A stretch of DNA of 64,000 nucleotides from Lytechinus pictus (taxonomy: Eukaryota). Positions within the stretch are counted from its first letter, which is position 1; each line of letters begins with the position of its first letter. The translations under genes were made by a program, and so were the position numbers. Under the pieces are notes generated by a model. The model saw only the letters and a list, made by a program, of their open reading frames with translations. It ran no database searches and was not told the origin of the DNA. The DNA is taken from positions 24,492,001 to 24,556,000 of the forward strand of contig NC_087250.1 in the NCBI RefSeq assembly GCF_037042905.1, read 5' to 3'. Below, piece after piece: positions 1-14,315 of this stretch.

Positions 1-3000
1 GTAATTTCCCCGAAAGAAAATACCCGCTAAATAGTAGGTACTTGGCGAAATTACGAGAACTTTCGCTGGGATTTTTCCAAGGTCGCAGGTATTTTGGCAA
101 TGTGAAAGCAATTTACGGGAACTTTTATCCCAGCGTGTCGTTGGGCGCGGGCGCCGTGGGTGGCTGCTGGGCTAGTGGTTTTGAATCTCGCGCCTTGCCT
201 GCTTATTAGACCATACTGCGCATGCTCCTAACTTCAGGAATTTATCTCGAAGGGTATGTTTCGGGGCGGTGTGAATGCAGGAATAATTAATGGGTATTTT
301 TCAGCCTAAAAATGTTCTCGTAATTTAACGGGGATTCTTGTGATCGAGGCGGTTTGAAACCACCTATAGACATGTTTTCATCTTACCCTTCTGAAGTCCT
401 TGTAAATGCGATAACTTTATCTATGTTCATATAATTTGGTGTGTATGGTACTAGCATAGATCCTAGCAGTTCTATTGATTTTGAGGTCAGAAGGTTGAAG
501 GTGAAGTCGCCACCTTCCACTTTTCTTGCTTGACCAATAACTCCATTTTCCATGTTACAGGCGGGCGTATTTTAAGCTCGCTTTAGCGACACTCTTGTTG
601 AGTGTACGAAAGCATTGATTTCACCACTGCAGCATTCATACTATTTTTATTCCTTGTATGAATTAATATTTCTCTTTTATTCCATCTTTTACAGAGCAAA
701 CTTTCTAATGGATCATGGTGAATGGAGCAATAGTGTGATGCTACTGGCCAGATACTCGTTTGTGGAGTTTGGTTGTAAGTCTTATGTTGCATTCCTGTTT
801 AATGGGTGGATATTTCTCTATTCAAGCTGTCATGCTTTTATTTGCAGCAAACTTGAAAATGGGTTCGGTCACTGTGAAACCCGGTATGGTGGCTGGCTGT
901 TTGATGAGCAAATAGTAAGAATTCATCTCATCATAATTTTGATTGCAGGAACTATCTTTGCTAGTCCTGGAGTTGAAACACTAACCTACATATAATTATA
1001 TGTGACATGTTTGTATGATAAGACATGGTGCATACAATCTGTTGTGGTCTAGCATGAATAAAGCCAAATCTGCTGTACGCTGGTTTCTAAACCTTGTTAA
1101 ATATCTTTAACACCCATGTTGAAACACCTTTCAGCCTCTGCATGCTTTTTTTTATTATGCCCATAGATTTGTGAAGAGAAGGTAGTAATGTCCCTGTTTT
1201 TCATCTTGTTGTAATCCTTTGTCCCTGTATGAGTGGTTTAATGTTGATGAGGTTTGGGGCCTGGTTATTTGGTGTGTCTGGTGTACCTGCACCTTGAACA
1301 CCATGACAGGAAACCATTAGGGAGCTCACTGGCCATGGTGTTAAAACAGTTCATACCCTAGTTATACCTGTATAACACCAAAGGGACCACTGTGAAAGCG
1401 TGTATAATACAACTCCCAAGAATATTCTGTAATCTGATTGGTCCACATCGGATCACATGATATTCAGCAACTTGCACTATTGCATCCAATATGCACTATC
1501 CTGCACTCTGACGTCAGAGTGCAGGATAGTGCGAGGTCTAGAATTATCTAGAATTTAGATCAAATATAACATTCGGGGCAACTCAGTAACACGGGGAGGA
1601 GGGGGGTTGTATAAAACAAACGCTGCACACATTCTTGTGCATAAAGGACCTAAATAATGGACTCTGTGCTTGACTCGCCAAATGGATGTACCGCGGACCT
1701 CGGTGTGGTATATCCATTGGTGCTTCTCACACATTGTTCATTATTTGGCCCTGCATGCACATGCTTATGTGCATTATTTGTATAATAGTCGAGGAGAGAT
1801 GTAGCATGAACCCAAAATAGTGTGATTTGATTTGAAATATTTTTTTTAAAGACAACACGAATACAGCATGCTTCATAGACATTTATTAGTCCAAATTGTA
1901 AAGAAGGTGAGAGAATTTTACTGTTGACACTTTTCTTGATGTTACATTATTATACATTGTTTAGCATTCAAATGATAATACATTTCTTCATGTGAGTACA
2001 TAGCAGAAGTGTTTAAAGACATAAGCTTCTAATATGTGATTTACCTATAAACAAAACACAATGTACATCTTTCTTAGGAATAAGAGTTGGTTTACAGGCA
2101 CAAACCTTTCAACATCTTACACTAGTTATTTGTAAAGACACTCAAGATATATTATCTATTAAAAAAGTTCTCACATGTTTGCTGATCAATGGAGTCAATC
2201 ATACAATGTATGCACATTCTCCAGATAAATGTACAGTATAATCAATGCATATATCAAGAAACCCATTTGTATTTTAAATTTAGGGCAATATTACCCCTAG
2301 AAATAAGTATATGCAACCCATAAATTACATATATATTTCGAAGGCTTTGTCACATGGAAAGTGACTTTTTTTAAATTATTTACTTACTGCTGCTTGACAC
2401 CAAATAAAGAATACGTAGAACTGATGAATACAGTTATTAAAAAGATTTGATCATATCTCTTCAATCTTTTTGATGTTCTCTTTTGATGGTTTTACAATAA
2501 TTTGTACATGAAAATATACACAGATATAACAAAATACAACTTAACTTAACGGTAATCGTTGACTCTAGCCCCCATCATCTCATCTGGCCTGACATGCCCC
2601 ACTCGGCCCTGGTGGTCGGTCCAGTTCCTGGCCTCCGCAGCTAGCGATGTCTCTTCCACTCGGCCTCCGCAGACTGTGTTGCCCCTCGATGAGTAGCCCT
2701 CAGATCAAAGATGTGGCTTCAACGAATTAGTGGACGAGATCGAGCCCCCAATGATGACATGAATTGTGTCGAATCATGTCGGTGGAGAACCGGTGTCAGC
2801 TGGGGTCGTTATCTCGTCACCGACGTAGTCCCTCAATTTTAACTTAGACTGCCTATACGAACATCTGTAGTCTATTCTAGCTTAGGTGGTTCTCCCCGAA
2901 TTACTGAAACTAACCTCCTAATATACCTTACCGTTACTAGGAATAACTGTAAAATTTCTATAACGTAATTCAAAGAATTTCAATAGCAGATGAGAGCATA

Positions 3001-3386
3001 AAGCAACACATTCTTAATAACAAAAGGCTTCCTGTGCATCTGTACATTTACATTCTTCAATGCTATTAAAAGCACAGTATTAACTATTTATGACACCTGT
3101 ATGAAGATGCTTAGCTAGTACGAAATATTTCTAACACTTGAACAAAAATGGCATCCACCTGATCTTGTACTCTAGGGGGGGGGGGGGGGTATCAAACGTT
3201 TCCAACGCTTGCTTTTGAAACATTCAAAACATATGTACATATACAATTGTCTATAGGCCTACCATAAGCTGGACCAAGTAAATATTTTAAACACATGTCT
3301 AAACTTAACTGAAATACTAAATTTCTTTCCTGACAGGCTTACAGTTCACAGATTATTTTGAAAGGAAAAACATTTTTTTATCCCAC

Positions 3387-3930
3387 TTAAAGGGCAAGTC
3401 CACCCAACAAAAAGTTGATTTGAATCAAAAGAGAAAAATCCAAAGAGCATAACACTTGAAAGTTCATCAATATCGGATGTAAAATAAAAAAGTTATGACA
3501 TTTAAAGTTTCGCTTAATTTCACATGATAGCTATATGCACATCCTGGTCAGTATGCAAATGAGCAGACTGATGACGTCATCCACTCACTATTTATTTTGT
3601 ATTTTATTATGTGAAATATTCTCATTTTCTCATTGTCAGGTGAAACAATTAATTCCTCTCTGAACATGTGAAATTAGTATTGTGTATTTATGATTCAGTC
3701 AAGTTGGTCCTCATTGTCAAATCTGTAAAAGTGAGGGACATCATTGACTGTCTCATTTGCATGGCACTTAGTTGTGCATATCACTGTTTTGTGAAAAATA
3801 AGCAAAACTTCAAAATGTCATAACTTTCTTATTTTACATCCAATTTTGATAAAATTTTCAGCATTATGCTAGTTTGATTTTTCTTTATTCATTAAAATCA
3901 ACATTTTTCTGGGGTGGACTTGACCTTTCA
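3387..3930. mobile_element. TTAA-type (Kolobok/T2-like) palindromic MITE, family A
   Basis: TTAAAGGGCAAGTCCACCC...GGGGTGGACTTGACCTTT. Homologous to 5063-5660, 5973-6115 and 15825-17032. Confidence 0.8.
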
Positions 3931-5062
3931 GTATGCTTCTTTAATTCATCACATGCATTTTTAAAGGTGCAATACCAATAAGTGTACTAATCATTTGCTA
4001 ATAAATGATTACAAGACTCTGACAAAAATTAGAAATATAAAATGGTGGAAACAAATATGCTGCGTCAAATAAAATGGATTTATTTAACAATCCCATATAT
4101 TGCATATTTTTTTACTTATTGTTCTCAGCTTTCTTTTAGAGGTAAAATCAGTAAGCATCAACACATTTTTATTATGACCAATAAATCTATCAGAATTATT
4201 GGAGTTCGCAGTCGTACAGAAATCTGAATTGTGAGGTGATCTCCCCATTTTTTCTCGCCTGCATAGCAGAGCGAGACTATAGGCGCCGCTTTTCCGACGA
4301 TGGTGGCGTCGTCGTCAACATTGAAATCTTAACCAAGGTTAAGTTTTTGAAATGTCATCATAACTTAGAAAATGAACCTGGTTCATGAAACTTGGACATA
4401 AGGGTAATCAAGTAATACTGAACATCCTGCCTGAGTTTCAGGTCACATGACCAAGGTCAAAGGTCACTGTGATTGGATATTCTGAAGCTCATTACTGGTC
4501 ATTTTAGGACCTAAAACATGATTTAAATCATTCTTATTTTCAGCTTGTCAGCCAGATTATTTTAAATCAATGCTGCGGTCTCCTTTATCAAGATGAAAAC
4601 AAAACAAATGAAAAATGAAATGCTTTTGGTCAAACAACATAATTTCCTTATAGCGGATTCACCTGTGTGGTGAAAATCAGTGACGAAGAGTGTCTGTTGC
4701 CCACACTCTGTACAAATTGCCACAATACACACTAAAATTGGTGGGATCCTCACTGGAGTATCAAGACCACATCTTACAAAAAGTTGTGTTCGATCCGATC
4801 AGACAACTATGGAAAGCCAGTGCTCAAGAATGCTGTGTGTTTCTGTTCAGAGTGTTAACGCATGCATCATTGGCCTGACAAATCAGAGTGCTCGTTCTTG
4901 TTTCCTTCGAGACCTCTATTCTGCACATTTCCTATGTTATGATTTGTTTACATTAATGGGTCAAATTATCACATTTATTTGTGAGAAGGGGCCGCACAAA
5001 TTCATATGTACTTGTTGTTTTGATGGAACAGCAGATCCACAAAATTTTCCACATGATCAAAA

Positions 5063-5660
5063 TTAAAGGTAAAGTTCACCCCAGAAAAATGTTGATTTGA
5101 ATAAACAGAGAAAAATCAAACTAGTAAAACGCTGAGTTTCATCAAAATTGGATGTAATATAAAAAAGTTATGACATTTTAAAAATGTTGCTTATTTTTCA
5201 CAAAACAGTGATATGCGCAACTCAAATGAGACGGTCGATGATGTCCCTCACTCACTATTTCTTTTGTTTTTTATTGCTTGAAATAAACAATATTTCATTT
5301 TTTATAGATTTGGCAATAAAGTACCTACTTGACTGAATCATAAGGTATTAAACAATGCTAATTCCACATGTTCAGGGAGGAATTAATTGTTGTTTCACTT
5401 GACATGAGGAGAAAATTAAGGATATTTCATATAATAAAATACAAAAGAAATAGTGAGTGGATGACGTCATCAGTCTCCTCATTTGCATACTGACCAGGAT
5501 GTACATATAACTGTTTTGCGAAATTAATCAAAACTTTTAAATGTCATAACTTTCTTATATTACATCCGATTTTGATGAAATTTTCAGTGTTATACTTGGA
5601 TACTGGATTTTTCTATTTTTATTTATATCAACCTTTTGTTGGGGTGGACTTGTCCTTTAA
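5063..5660. mobile_element. TTAA-type MITE, family A
   Basis: TTAAAGG...CCTTTAA with long imperfect inverted arms. Confidence 0.8.
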
Positions 5661-5972
5661 TTTTGATTGTGTGGAAAATTTTGTGGATCTGCTGTTCCAT
5701 CAAAACAACAAGTACATATGAATTTGTGTGAACTTGGTGCATGCGTAGCAAGAATGATTTCCCCAAATATGAGAAATTTGAAGCTCTCTATCATTGGACT
5801 AAATACCACCGCACACCTTATGACTGCTCTGCAATTTAATTTCGAAACAAAATATATTTTTCTTATTTTCTTGTAATATGAATGAATTTAAGATAATTTG
5901 AGATTCAAATTAACTGTAAGAATACTAATATATGTATATGTATATTGCAAGCATTTAGTATGGAGTAAAAGC

Positions 5973-6115
5973 TTAAAGGACAAGTCAATCCCAACAAAAA
6001 AATATTTTGAATAAAAAGAGAAAAATCCATCAAGCATAACACTGAAAATTTCATCAAAATCACAATATCTCTATTTATTCAAATCAACAATTTACTGGGG
6101 TGGATTTGACCTTCA
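5973..6115. mobile_element. TTAA-type MITE, family A, internally deleted
   Basis: Both termini are present and the middle is missing. Confidence 0.7.
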
Positions 6116-6304
6116 ATTAACTTTTATTCTAAAAAGGAGGTTGACATATTCATAGATTTTAAGAAAAAAAGTTGTATAATGATATGAAACCTTACACAGT
6201 AAGATGTTCCATGTCTTAATATTCGCATCAAATGTTGCAACATTTAATTTTGAAATTGGGTTCCAAACCTATTGTTAGGTGTGCGATGGCCTTTAGCACT
6301 ATAG

Positions 6305-6556
6305 CTACTTCTCAGCCCGGATGGTACCGGTACCGGTGCTCTTTGTATTATTATCACTAGTACTGGAGGTGAGCTCCTTCTGCATTCTCAGTTTCACCTT
6401 CCACAAGGTGATGATTCGCTTGCTGTATCCAAAAGCAAGGAGGATGAAGACACCCTGCAATGAGTTGACTGCAGTGAAGAGGTACCAGAGTTCTGGGACG
6501 TTGGCGTATTCACAGATGAAGGCCAGGATCCATGTAAAACCCATCACACCAGACAA
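6305..6556 (-). CDS. Class B GPCR, terminal coding exon: TM6-TM7 and cytoplasmic tail
   Basis: Encodes LSGVMGFTWILAF...NSLQGVFILLAF, the class B TM6/TM7 signature. Acceptor ctccatag| is phase 0 and joins YIK|LSG. Stop TAG at 6305-6307. The three exons total 2739 nt (912 aa plus stop). Confidence 0.92.
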   Translation of the reverse strand: MSGVMGFTWILAFICEYANVPELWYLFTAVNSLQGVFILLAFGYSKRIITLWKVKLRMQKELTSSTSDNNTKSTGTGTIRAEK

Positions 6557-7866
6557 CTATGGAGTGAAAATCAGAGCCCCGTCTTACAAAGAGTTGCGAT
6601 TGATCCGATCAATCGCAACTATGGAAAGCCAGCAACGTCAACATATAAAAACACATGTTTGTTCAAATATTTTTGTAAAAATGATGTGTATTCATACATT
6701 CACTGTTTTTCTGGATAATTCAATGCTTGTTTTCAAAAGACATTGAGTAAATTTTCTGAAGAAACAATTATTACATTGATGGGTTTCCATATACCTGAAA
6801 TTGATCGGGGGCCCGTTGCAGAAAGAGTTGCAATCAATCGCAACTCTAACACTCATGCGCAACTTGATTTTCAACCAATCAACAGTGCGTATTTGGGACT
6901 TGCGAATGATTTTTTGACTTGCGGTTAAACGCAACTCTTTCTGCAACGGGCCCCCATAACTCTTTGTTGACGGGGCATCAAACAGAAAGTTGTAATTTTC
7001 ATCAACTGAGATAGAACAAATTAACAGAATAATAGTGATAATGAGAATGAACTTTGGGTTTAAAAAGCGCCTTTTCTAGACGATATGATAGGCCTACAAA
7101 GTGCCGTTTGAGGCCTAAAACAATGTTTTTTAACAGGTCGAGTGAGGTGATGTTTTGTAGAGTTTGAGGGAGTTTGTTCCAAAGAAACAGGGTTGTCCAA
7201 TTACACTGCAAAACCAAACTGGTGTTAACACTTCTCTGGTTTCAACAGATGTAGATTCCAGGCTGGTGTAGTGTTGCAGTGTAGCCTCCTAAGGCTGAAT
7301 TGCATGAATTTGTACAGAGTAAAAGGTCAATCTATACAAAAACATGCAAGCAGATATGGGGAAACAGAAAGAGAAATGGTACACAAAAGAAGAAATATTG
7401 AAAAGGAGACCCTAAGTTGTAATAATTGTAAAACACAATTAGCATTATAAACAAATGAACAAATTAATTCAAATGTGGTCGCAATTGATGGATGATAGCT
7501 CGTAAGATAAAAAGCATTCAGGGGACTGTTTCATGAAATTTGTCAGCACTGACAAGTTGTCTTTCTCCGACAGTTACTATAGAAACAGTCAGAGGCAAGT
7601 GCCTCACCGCCAATTAAAACCAAGGATTTCACTGAAATAGTCAGCACTGACAGTTTAGTCAGTGGTGACAACTTTCATGAATCGCCTCAAGATATATATT
7701 TATTATTCCAAAATGTAACTATTACATACACTACGATGTTCAGAAGTTCAAAACTGAAAAATATGTACATTTCTTTTATAAGTCACGGTTCTTTGTTCTG
7801 AAGGTGCGATAAGAATGATAGAATACTAGGTTTGTCATTCCAAAGGTATGTTAATCCAACAGTGAA

Positions 7867-8444
7867 TTAAAGAGATGGTCCGAGCTGAAAATATTTATAT
7901 CTTAATACATAGAGTAGAATTCACTGAGGAAAATGCCGAAAATTTCTTCAAAATCGGATGACAAATAGTAAAGTTATTGAAGTTAAAAGTTTAGCAATAT
8001 TTTGTGAAAACAGTCGTCATGAATATCCATTAGGTTGGCTGATGATTTCACATCTCCACTTTCCGTTTTCTTATGTTATTTAAAATCATATTTTTTTCAT
8101 TATTCCATACTTGTGTGAATAATATGTCTCCCTTGAAATAAGTTGCAGCAATAAATATCTAATGCACTAAATCAGATGTCAATCCACTTTTTCTAGTTCT
8201 TGGAGGAAAAAAATGAATAAACCTATTTTCATATAATAAAAAAAAAAAAAACAAGTGGAGATGTGACATCATCAGCCCACCTAATGAATATTCATGACTG
8301 TTTTCACAAAATATTGCTAAATTTTGAAATTCAATAACTTTGTTATATCTTATCCGATTTTGATGAAATTTTCGGCATTGTGCTCAGTGAATTCTACTCT
8401 ATTTATTTAATTATAAATACTTTCAGCCCGGACCATCGATTTAA
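7867..8444. mobile_element. TTAA-type MITE, family B (in GPCR intron)
   Basis: TTAAAGAGATGGTCCGAGCTGAAA...TTTCAGCCCGGACCATCGATTTAA, with about 200-bp inverted arms. Confidence 0.8.
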
Positions 8445-8812
8445 GGTTACTCTGTTAGTTTGAAAATTAAGTATGGTTTGTTCGTCTGGAAATGAAATAG
8501 GGTTGTTAGTCTGAAAACAACTAACATTATAAAACCTCACTTCATCTTCAGACTATCGAACCTTCAGATTAACAAAGATTATTTCGTTTTCGGATGAACA
8601 AACCTTAGGAATAACAAGCCTTCATCTTAACAAACCTTTGGACTAGTACATTTTCAAAATATCAAGCATTCAGAGTATTTGAACCTTTGAATCACTACTG
8701 GTGATTGATGTCCATATCACTTTTTAATAATTGGAGATAACATCTGAGAGTGTAGGGTATATTTAAAAGTACATGCAGACATTGTAAATTGTGTACATTG
8801 TGAAATACTAAC

Positions 8813-11199
8813 CTTGATGTACAGTGATAACTCTTCTTTGGCCTTAGCAAGTGCTGGTCGCTTCTTAAGTGCTTTCTCTGAGGCCTTCTTGGTAAGTCTG
8901 ATTCCAACCACCGTGTCTATGAACAAGATCGCATTCAGGAACAGAAGTACTAACAGAGGCACACCAAAGGCATACAGATTTGCATCGCCACTGGACAACC
9001 AGCAAAGCTCATCATTGCCGTAGCTGAATCGCATATTAGTACAGCCACAAAGGTCAATGACCAGACAAGCACCTACGATCAAAGCTGGTACGCCCCAGGC
9101 ATAGAGGGAGTACCAAACGTAGAATCTCTGAGATTTACTGGCAATTCTAATCTTGACACGGGTGCCAAATGTGCGATTTAGATCTATGGCAAGGGCATTC
9201 ATCCAGAAGAAGATAGCGAGCCAGAAGAAATGGGTAATGGCTGCCACTGCTTTACAGAAGCCACCATGTTCCGTGCTCACTCCACTCACAAACACTAATA
9301 AAAATGTGAGTAAGAGGGCAACAGATAAGGTAAGGACCGATTTCCCAGCCAAGTTAAGAAGTTCAGGAAAGATGGCATAAGTTGTTATGATGATCAGTAC
9401 TGAAACAACAGACAGTGCATTTCCTATGGTGTTCATAGTGTCCAGGCCAGGAGGTAAATTACGTTCTTCATAAGCAGGAACTTTTAGGCAGTAAAGAGCT
9501 GAACCATCTTGACCTATTTGAAACTCATCATCTAACAGGACTGTATCCTTGCCGGTGAAATGGAGAAATACTTGTGACTGATTTTTCACAATCTCAAACT
9601 GACCCGCATCTAGTTTGACATATGTGTCACAAGCAAGTCTGGTGGTGTTGCCTGTGCAAACGTCACCGATGCTGGAGACACTCATGATATAAACTGCCCT
9701 TTCTCTGGTAAAGTTAATTCGGAATGGTAGCAGGGTGGGTTTGCCATAATCTGAAAATGTCCAGGAGTTGTGGGACTCACAGTCCCATCCTGCAGGAACA
9801 TCAATAAGCATTTCTATCATCGACAGGTTCCCGAATGAAGGCATATACAAAGTGGACGTTACGTTGGTTATGATACCTGCAGTACCCTGATAGAACTCCA
9901 AAGACGTTTGGGGTAGTGTAGTAAAGTTCATTTCAGTGTCAAAGCACACTTGACATATTGACTGACGAGAGTCATTTTCCGAATCACCAGTGGGGATACA
10001 GGAAATTTCAGGCACTGACACAACGGAAAGGGACGTCAGTGTGTCCAGTGGCGACTGAATGAGGACATTATTTACCGTTGCCAGAAGGTAGTCAGTGTCC
10101 AATGATGTCATATTCACTTCATCCTGGAGAGAATAGAACGTAACGCACAGCCCTCCTCTCTCATCTACCGGTAGACGTTCACACTGCTTTGTTGTCGTGT
10201 TGTATTCAAATCCTATGAAGCAAAAGAGCAATTGACATTTGCTTGACAGTGGGTCAAAGGCTTCATTTTCAGCACATGCCAATTCCTGGTTTCTGTCGAT
10301 AAAGTTAAAGAATTCTGCAAATGCAATCGCCGCACTCACTGTGTATATTAATGCGCCATCATATTTGACCGATTTGCACAATTCCCAATAGTCTGCACAT
10401 ACGTCAATGCCATTGCAATAAGCACAGTGTAGATTCTGGTAGATGGTACCATTGTGTACTATAGGTGCAAGGTATGATGGACACTTCGTAGGTTCTGAAG
10501 AACACGAAGTCACATCTACTCCAGAATAACAATGCCGAGCGTACATATCATTTGGTATATCTTCTGACGGCCTGAGTTGTTTAGAGCAGAAGTTTTCTAT
10601 CAGTTCTTTTTCTGTGTATTGGGTTTGTTTTCCATTCGAATCACTACTGCTACCAATAATACCAAGATCACAGTCCCATTTCCAACTCCAAAACTCGATA
10701 CCGGTAGAAATGTCGTGACACAATGCACAATACAAATTCCTAAAGTGACCGATGCTTTCAACAGTAACGGGTGTGTACAATTCTTCGTCGGGTTTCTGCG
10801 GGTTCTCACACTTGGTGCGGATTACGCTATGGGCAAGGACATAGGAGGGGCACTTAGAAATCATCTGGTAGTGAGAAAAGATGGTGATATTGCCTCCATA
10901 GTAGTAAGCAACACCAGAAACGGTAGCACATGAGAGATACGGGAGAAAGTCATCTTCCCAAGCCATCCTCTCAGGTATGGAGTCATAAACAGAGTCGGGG
11001 TATAAATGTCGTGTGTTCAACGTTCCAGCAGCAGACATATCTTCGGCATCTTTGCAACACTCATTATAAAGGACACATTGAGAATCGCATTTACATGGGC
11101 GCAGTATCCAGTGTCGTGAACACGAGAAAGGAGCTCTACGATGTCCACATGTTGGATCGAGCACGTTGTACTGGTGTTCTTCAGTGCACGTCAATGGTT
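8813..11199 (-). CDS. Class B (Methuselah-like/secretin-family) GPCR, coding exon 2: SMB-like domain, Cys-rich ectodomain, TM1-TM5
   Basis: Lies within the 825-aa ORF. SMB-like CKCDSQCVLYNECCKD; two NxxCAxC motifs (FRNLYCALC, YQNLHCAYC); class B TM motifs (CKAVAAITHFFWLAIFFWM, YSLYAWGVP, YGNDELCWL). Acceptor catacag| at 11200-11201 and donor AAG|gttagt at 8811-8812. Confidence 0.92.
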
Positions 11200-12471
11200 C
11201 TGTATGTTAATGAATCCAGAAGACATTCTATGAAGAATATATCTTGTTTGTTACAGGGAACTCTGTCTAAGTTGAATCTTTTGAGACCACAGAAATGAAA
11301 TCTGTTTGACGAAGGAGAACTTTGACTTGTAAGAGGGAGAAAGAGGTATATATTTAGGGGCGGGTTCAGCTTCCGCCAATAGGGGGGGGGGGATCGAATT
11401 TTGTTACCCATATATCGCGTATAAGTTGCGATCGAGCAAAAATTTCAACATTTTTATTACAAAAATCCAATTGTGATAGATTTTGACATAACATTTGGAA
11501 AATAATGTCATATTTCAACCTTGATTCCTTTTCTCTTTTCTTTTCTTGGTCGTGAAAAATTGGAGGGAGCTCGGGGAGGCAAAACGCTCATGTCCTATAA
11601 CAGTCAATTTTTAGCTTTATTCTTATAAAACAACATAAATGTGTAATAATCTCATAAGCCCTATTTAAATAGTGTGTACGCGAAGAGCGAGCTAAAAAAA
11701 ATTGGAATTTTATGTATTGTTCTGAAAATTGAACATTCTGAGTAAAGTTTGTGAACCTTAACAAGATGCGTATGTAACTAGATAATTACTGCGAACGCAA
11801 AGCGCGAGCAGACATTTTTAATATGCGTTCTGGCCTGATCGAAAAGGGACTTGTTAAGGACGTTTTGCAGTTAGTCATTAAGACGATTATATTTCAACGA
11901 TTAAATTATGCGGCGCAAAGCGCGAGCTGAAAATTTTTGACATTCCGACCTAAAAAATTGACATTCTAAGCACTTATTTGTAATTATTAACGGTATATAA
12001 AGGTATATGCAAAACATTTGGTGCAAGCGGAAAAATTAGATTTCTGACCTTAAAACGGGACACTCGTAAATCATGAAAGGCCTGGGCACTCTTCGCCGGG
12101 TCAGCCGTATCCCTTACGTTCAGCATAACGGCAAAGACAATAATTGCGGCCTCCGCCTAGATTATAGGCTAGACCAAATCGCATACATTCGTAATTCCGT
12201 AGCTTCGTTATTCCTAGTCCACGTCCTGGACGATTTTTATTGATTGGGCAAACCAAAGGGGCAAACCCTATCGGACCGTACCGATACCCCGCGCGCACAC
12301 ATAACCAACACACACACGCCCTCCACTGATTCACTTACCCCCAGTGATTCGCCTAACCCAGTGATTCACTTTCCCCGAAAAAGGGGAAGTGTGTATGCGT
12401 GTTCTGGGGATGTAGTGTATTATGTGTTTGGTAGTCGTATAGTACCAAATATAACAACAGTCCAGGAGGTG

Positions 12472-12862
12472 GACTACGTTATTCCCAAGGTTCGGATATT
12501 CCGAAGGTTCGTTATATTCCGAAGGTTCGTTAGTCCGAAAACGAAGTGAGGTTCGTAATTCCGAAGGTTCGTTAATCCGAAAAAGAAATGAGGTTCGTAA
12601 TTCCGAAGGTTCGTTAGGCCGAAAACTAAATGATTAACTAACCTTATTTCGTTTTCGGACTAACGAACCTTCGGATCAGCGAACCTTATTTCGTTTTCGG
12701 ATTAACGAATCTTTGGAACATCGAACCTTATTTCGTTTTCGGATTATCGAACCTTCGGAATAACGCCACAAATGTTCGGATTAACGAACCCTTTTACGTT
12801 TTCGGATTAACGAACATCGAGGTATAGGCAATTTACGTGTTTCGGAATTACGAAGTGTAACC
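12472..12862. repeat. Foldback-like element made of inverted arrays of TTCCGAAGGTTCGTTAATCCGAAAACGAAAT units
   Basis: The array at 12478-12630 is mirrored by 12640-12860. A degenerate relative lies at about 8440-8700. Confidence 0.75.
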
Positions 12863-13979
12863 GGACCAAATACATAGCATTTCTCGGTAATATTTTGGTA
12901 ATTTAACTTCGACCATATCATGGGAAATTGCATTAAAATATCAAATTACCACCAAATGTGGTGGTGGCGCTATCCATCGATATCCGATGATTTCCGCCAG
13001 GCTAAGCGAGAGGGATTCCACCCTCCCTCCCCTGTACAGTTCTCGTCATTCGATTTTGCTAATGTGTGTGAGATATAGATTCACCGAGGAAAGGCGTTGT
13101 GGCCGGAGTATTAAAATCTTTTGTGTATGTTGTTTAATAAAACATCGTTTGTTAGATTTAACCGTTTGTACTCGTGCTTGTGTTTTCCTTTCATGGATGT
13201 GGGTGTTAGTTAATTGGTTTTAATGTCTTTCGAAAGCATTTAAGCGCTCCTTATCTTCGGTTTCTTAAAAACCCGAGTAAAAAATATAGATTAGAAAAAA
13301 GATTGTGGGATATTGTCAGGTCGTAAAATTTAATCTTCTTTTAAAAACAGTTAGAGTCATAAAATAAATCTTTACAAACAACAGCAATGGTGGAGGAGCC
13401 GTAATGAGTACAACGTATAACACATATGAACTGCTTTCTCTTTTCCACGATACTTGACTCTCGACCCTATTTCTCTTTCCCCTCCCCTTTCCCTTCTCTC
13501 TGCTGGACACATAACTGTTTTTTGTTTTATTCCCCCCAGTTTTTAATATTCCCTTCTCCCCCCCCCCCTATTTTATGGAGTCACAGCCCCCCCCCCCCCT
13601 TTCCTTGTTATTCAAACCTATTTTGCCGTTCTTCATATATGGTCAAGATTGTCCTACTTTACTTTTAATTACATACGATTAAGATTACTACAAATTTATC
13701 TCAAGGGACTGACCATTACAAGCTTTGCTTTTTAATAAGTCCCTCCTTTTCATTTTCACATACTAACTGTAATCTATAATTTGTCTAATTATCAAAATGT
13801 GTTTGGAACAAAAAGAATTATATATACTTCGACTATTTCCTACGAATTTGTTAATTAATTATTGAAGTATTCTTATGACACTTATTCTGTTATGTACATT
13901 CATACATATGTATATATGTTTGTTATGTTTATTATCAGAAAATGGAAGTGAAATAAACTAAACTGAAACTGAAACTGAA

Positions 13980-14315
13980 TGTAGTGGTTCTGACTCTCGC
14001 CTTGTAAAAAGAGGGTCGAGTGTTCGAATCCCACCGCGGTCTGGCGTCCTTTGGCAAGGCGTTAATCACACTTTGACACTCTCGACCCAGGTGCTAAATG
14101 GGTACCCGGTAGGATGTGAAAGTCATTGTAGCTTGTCCAGTACTGTGTGCGCCTCACTGGCGACTGACTAGAATACTCCCCAGGGAGTGGAGGATGTGCA
14201 TACATTGTGTGCGGATATGACTGATTGAATCCGACGACCGGGGTAAAAATATATCTGTAAAGCGCTTAGACACGTCGTTCCACTGTATTAAGCGCTATAT
14301 AAAAGCGGATTATTA
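13980..14315 (+). mobile_element. tRNA-derived SINE
   Basis: A-box-like TAGTGG and B-box GTTCGAATCC; core CTCGACCCAGGTGCTAAATGGGTACC; LINE-like tail AGCGCTATATAAAAG...TTATTA. Confidence 0.8.

Noticed and set aside
615..995. 126-aa plus-strand ORF
   Set aside because: Non-ATG start, no domain and no splice support; its composition resembles non-coding or UTR sequence.
2530..2960. GC-richer segment with (TTAAC)n end, possible RTE-type LINE 3' relic
   Set aside because: No ORF or diagnostic motif could be confirmed by eye.
8814..11298. Plus-strand ORFs overlapping the GPCR exon
   Set aside because: Antisense shadows of a real coding exon, with no recognisable motifs.
13980..14045. tRNA gene
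   Set aside because: A and B boxes are present, but there is no complete cloverleaf and the sequence continues into a SINE core and tail.
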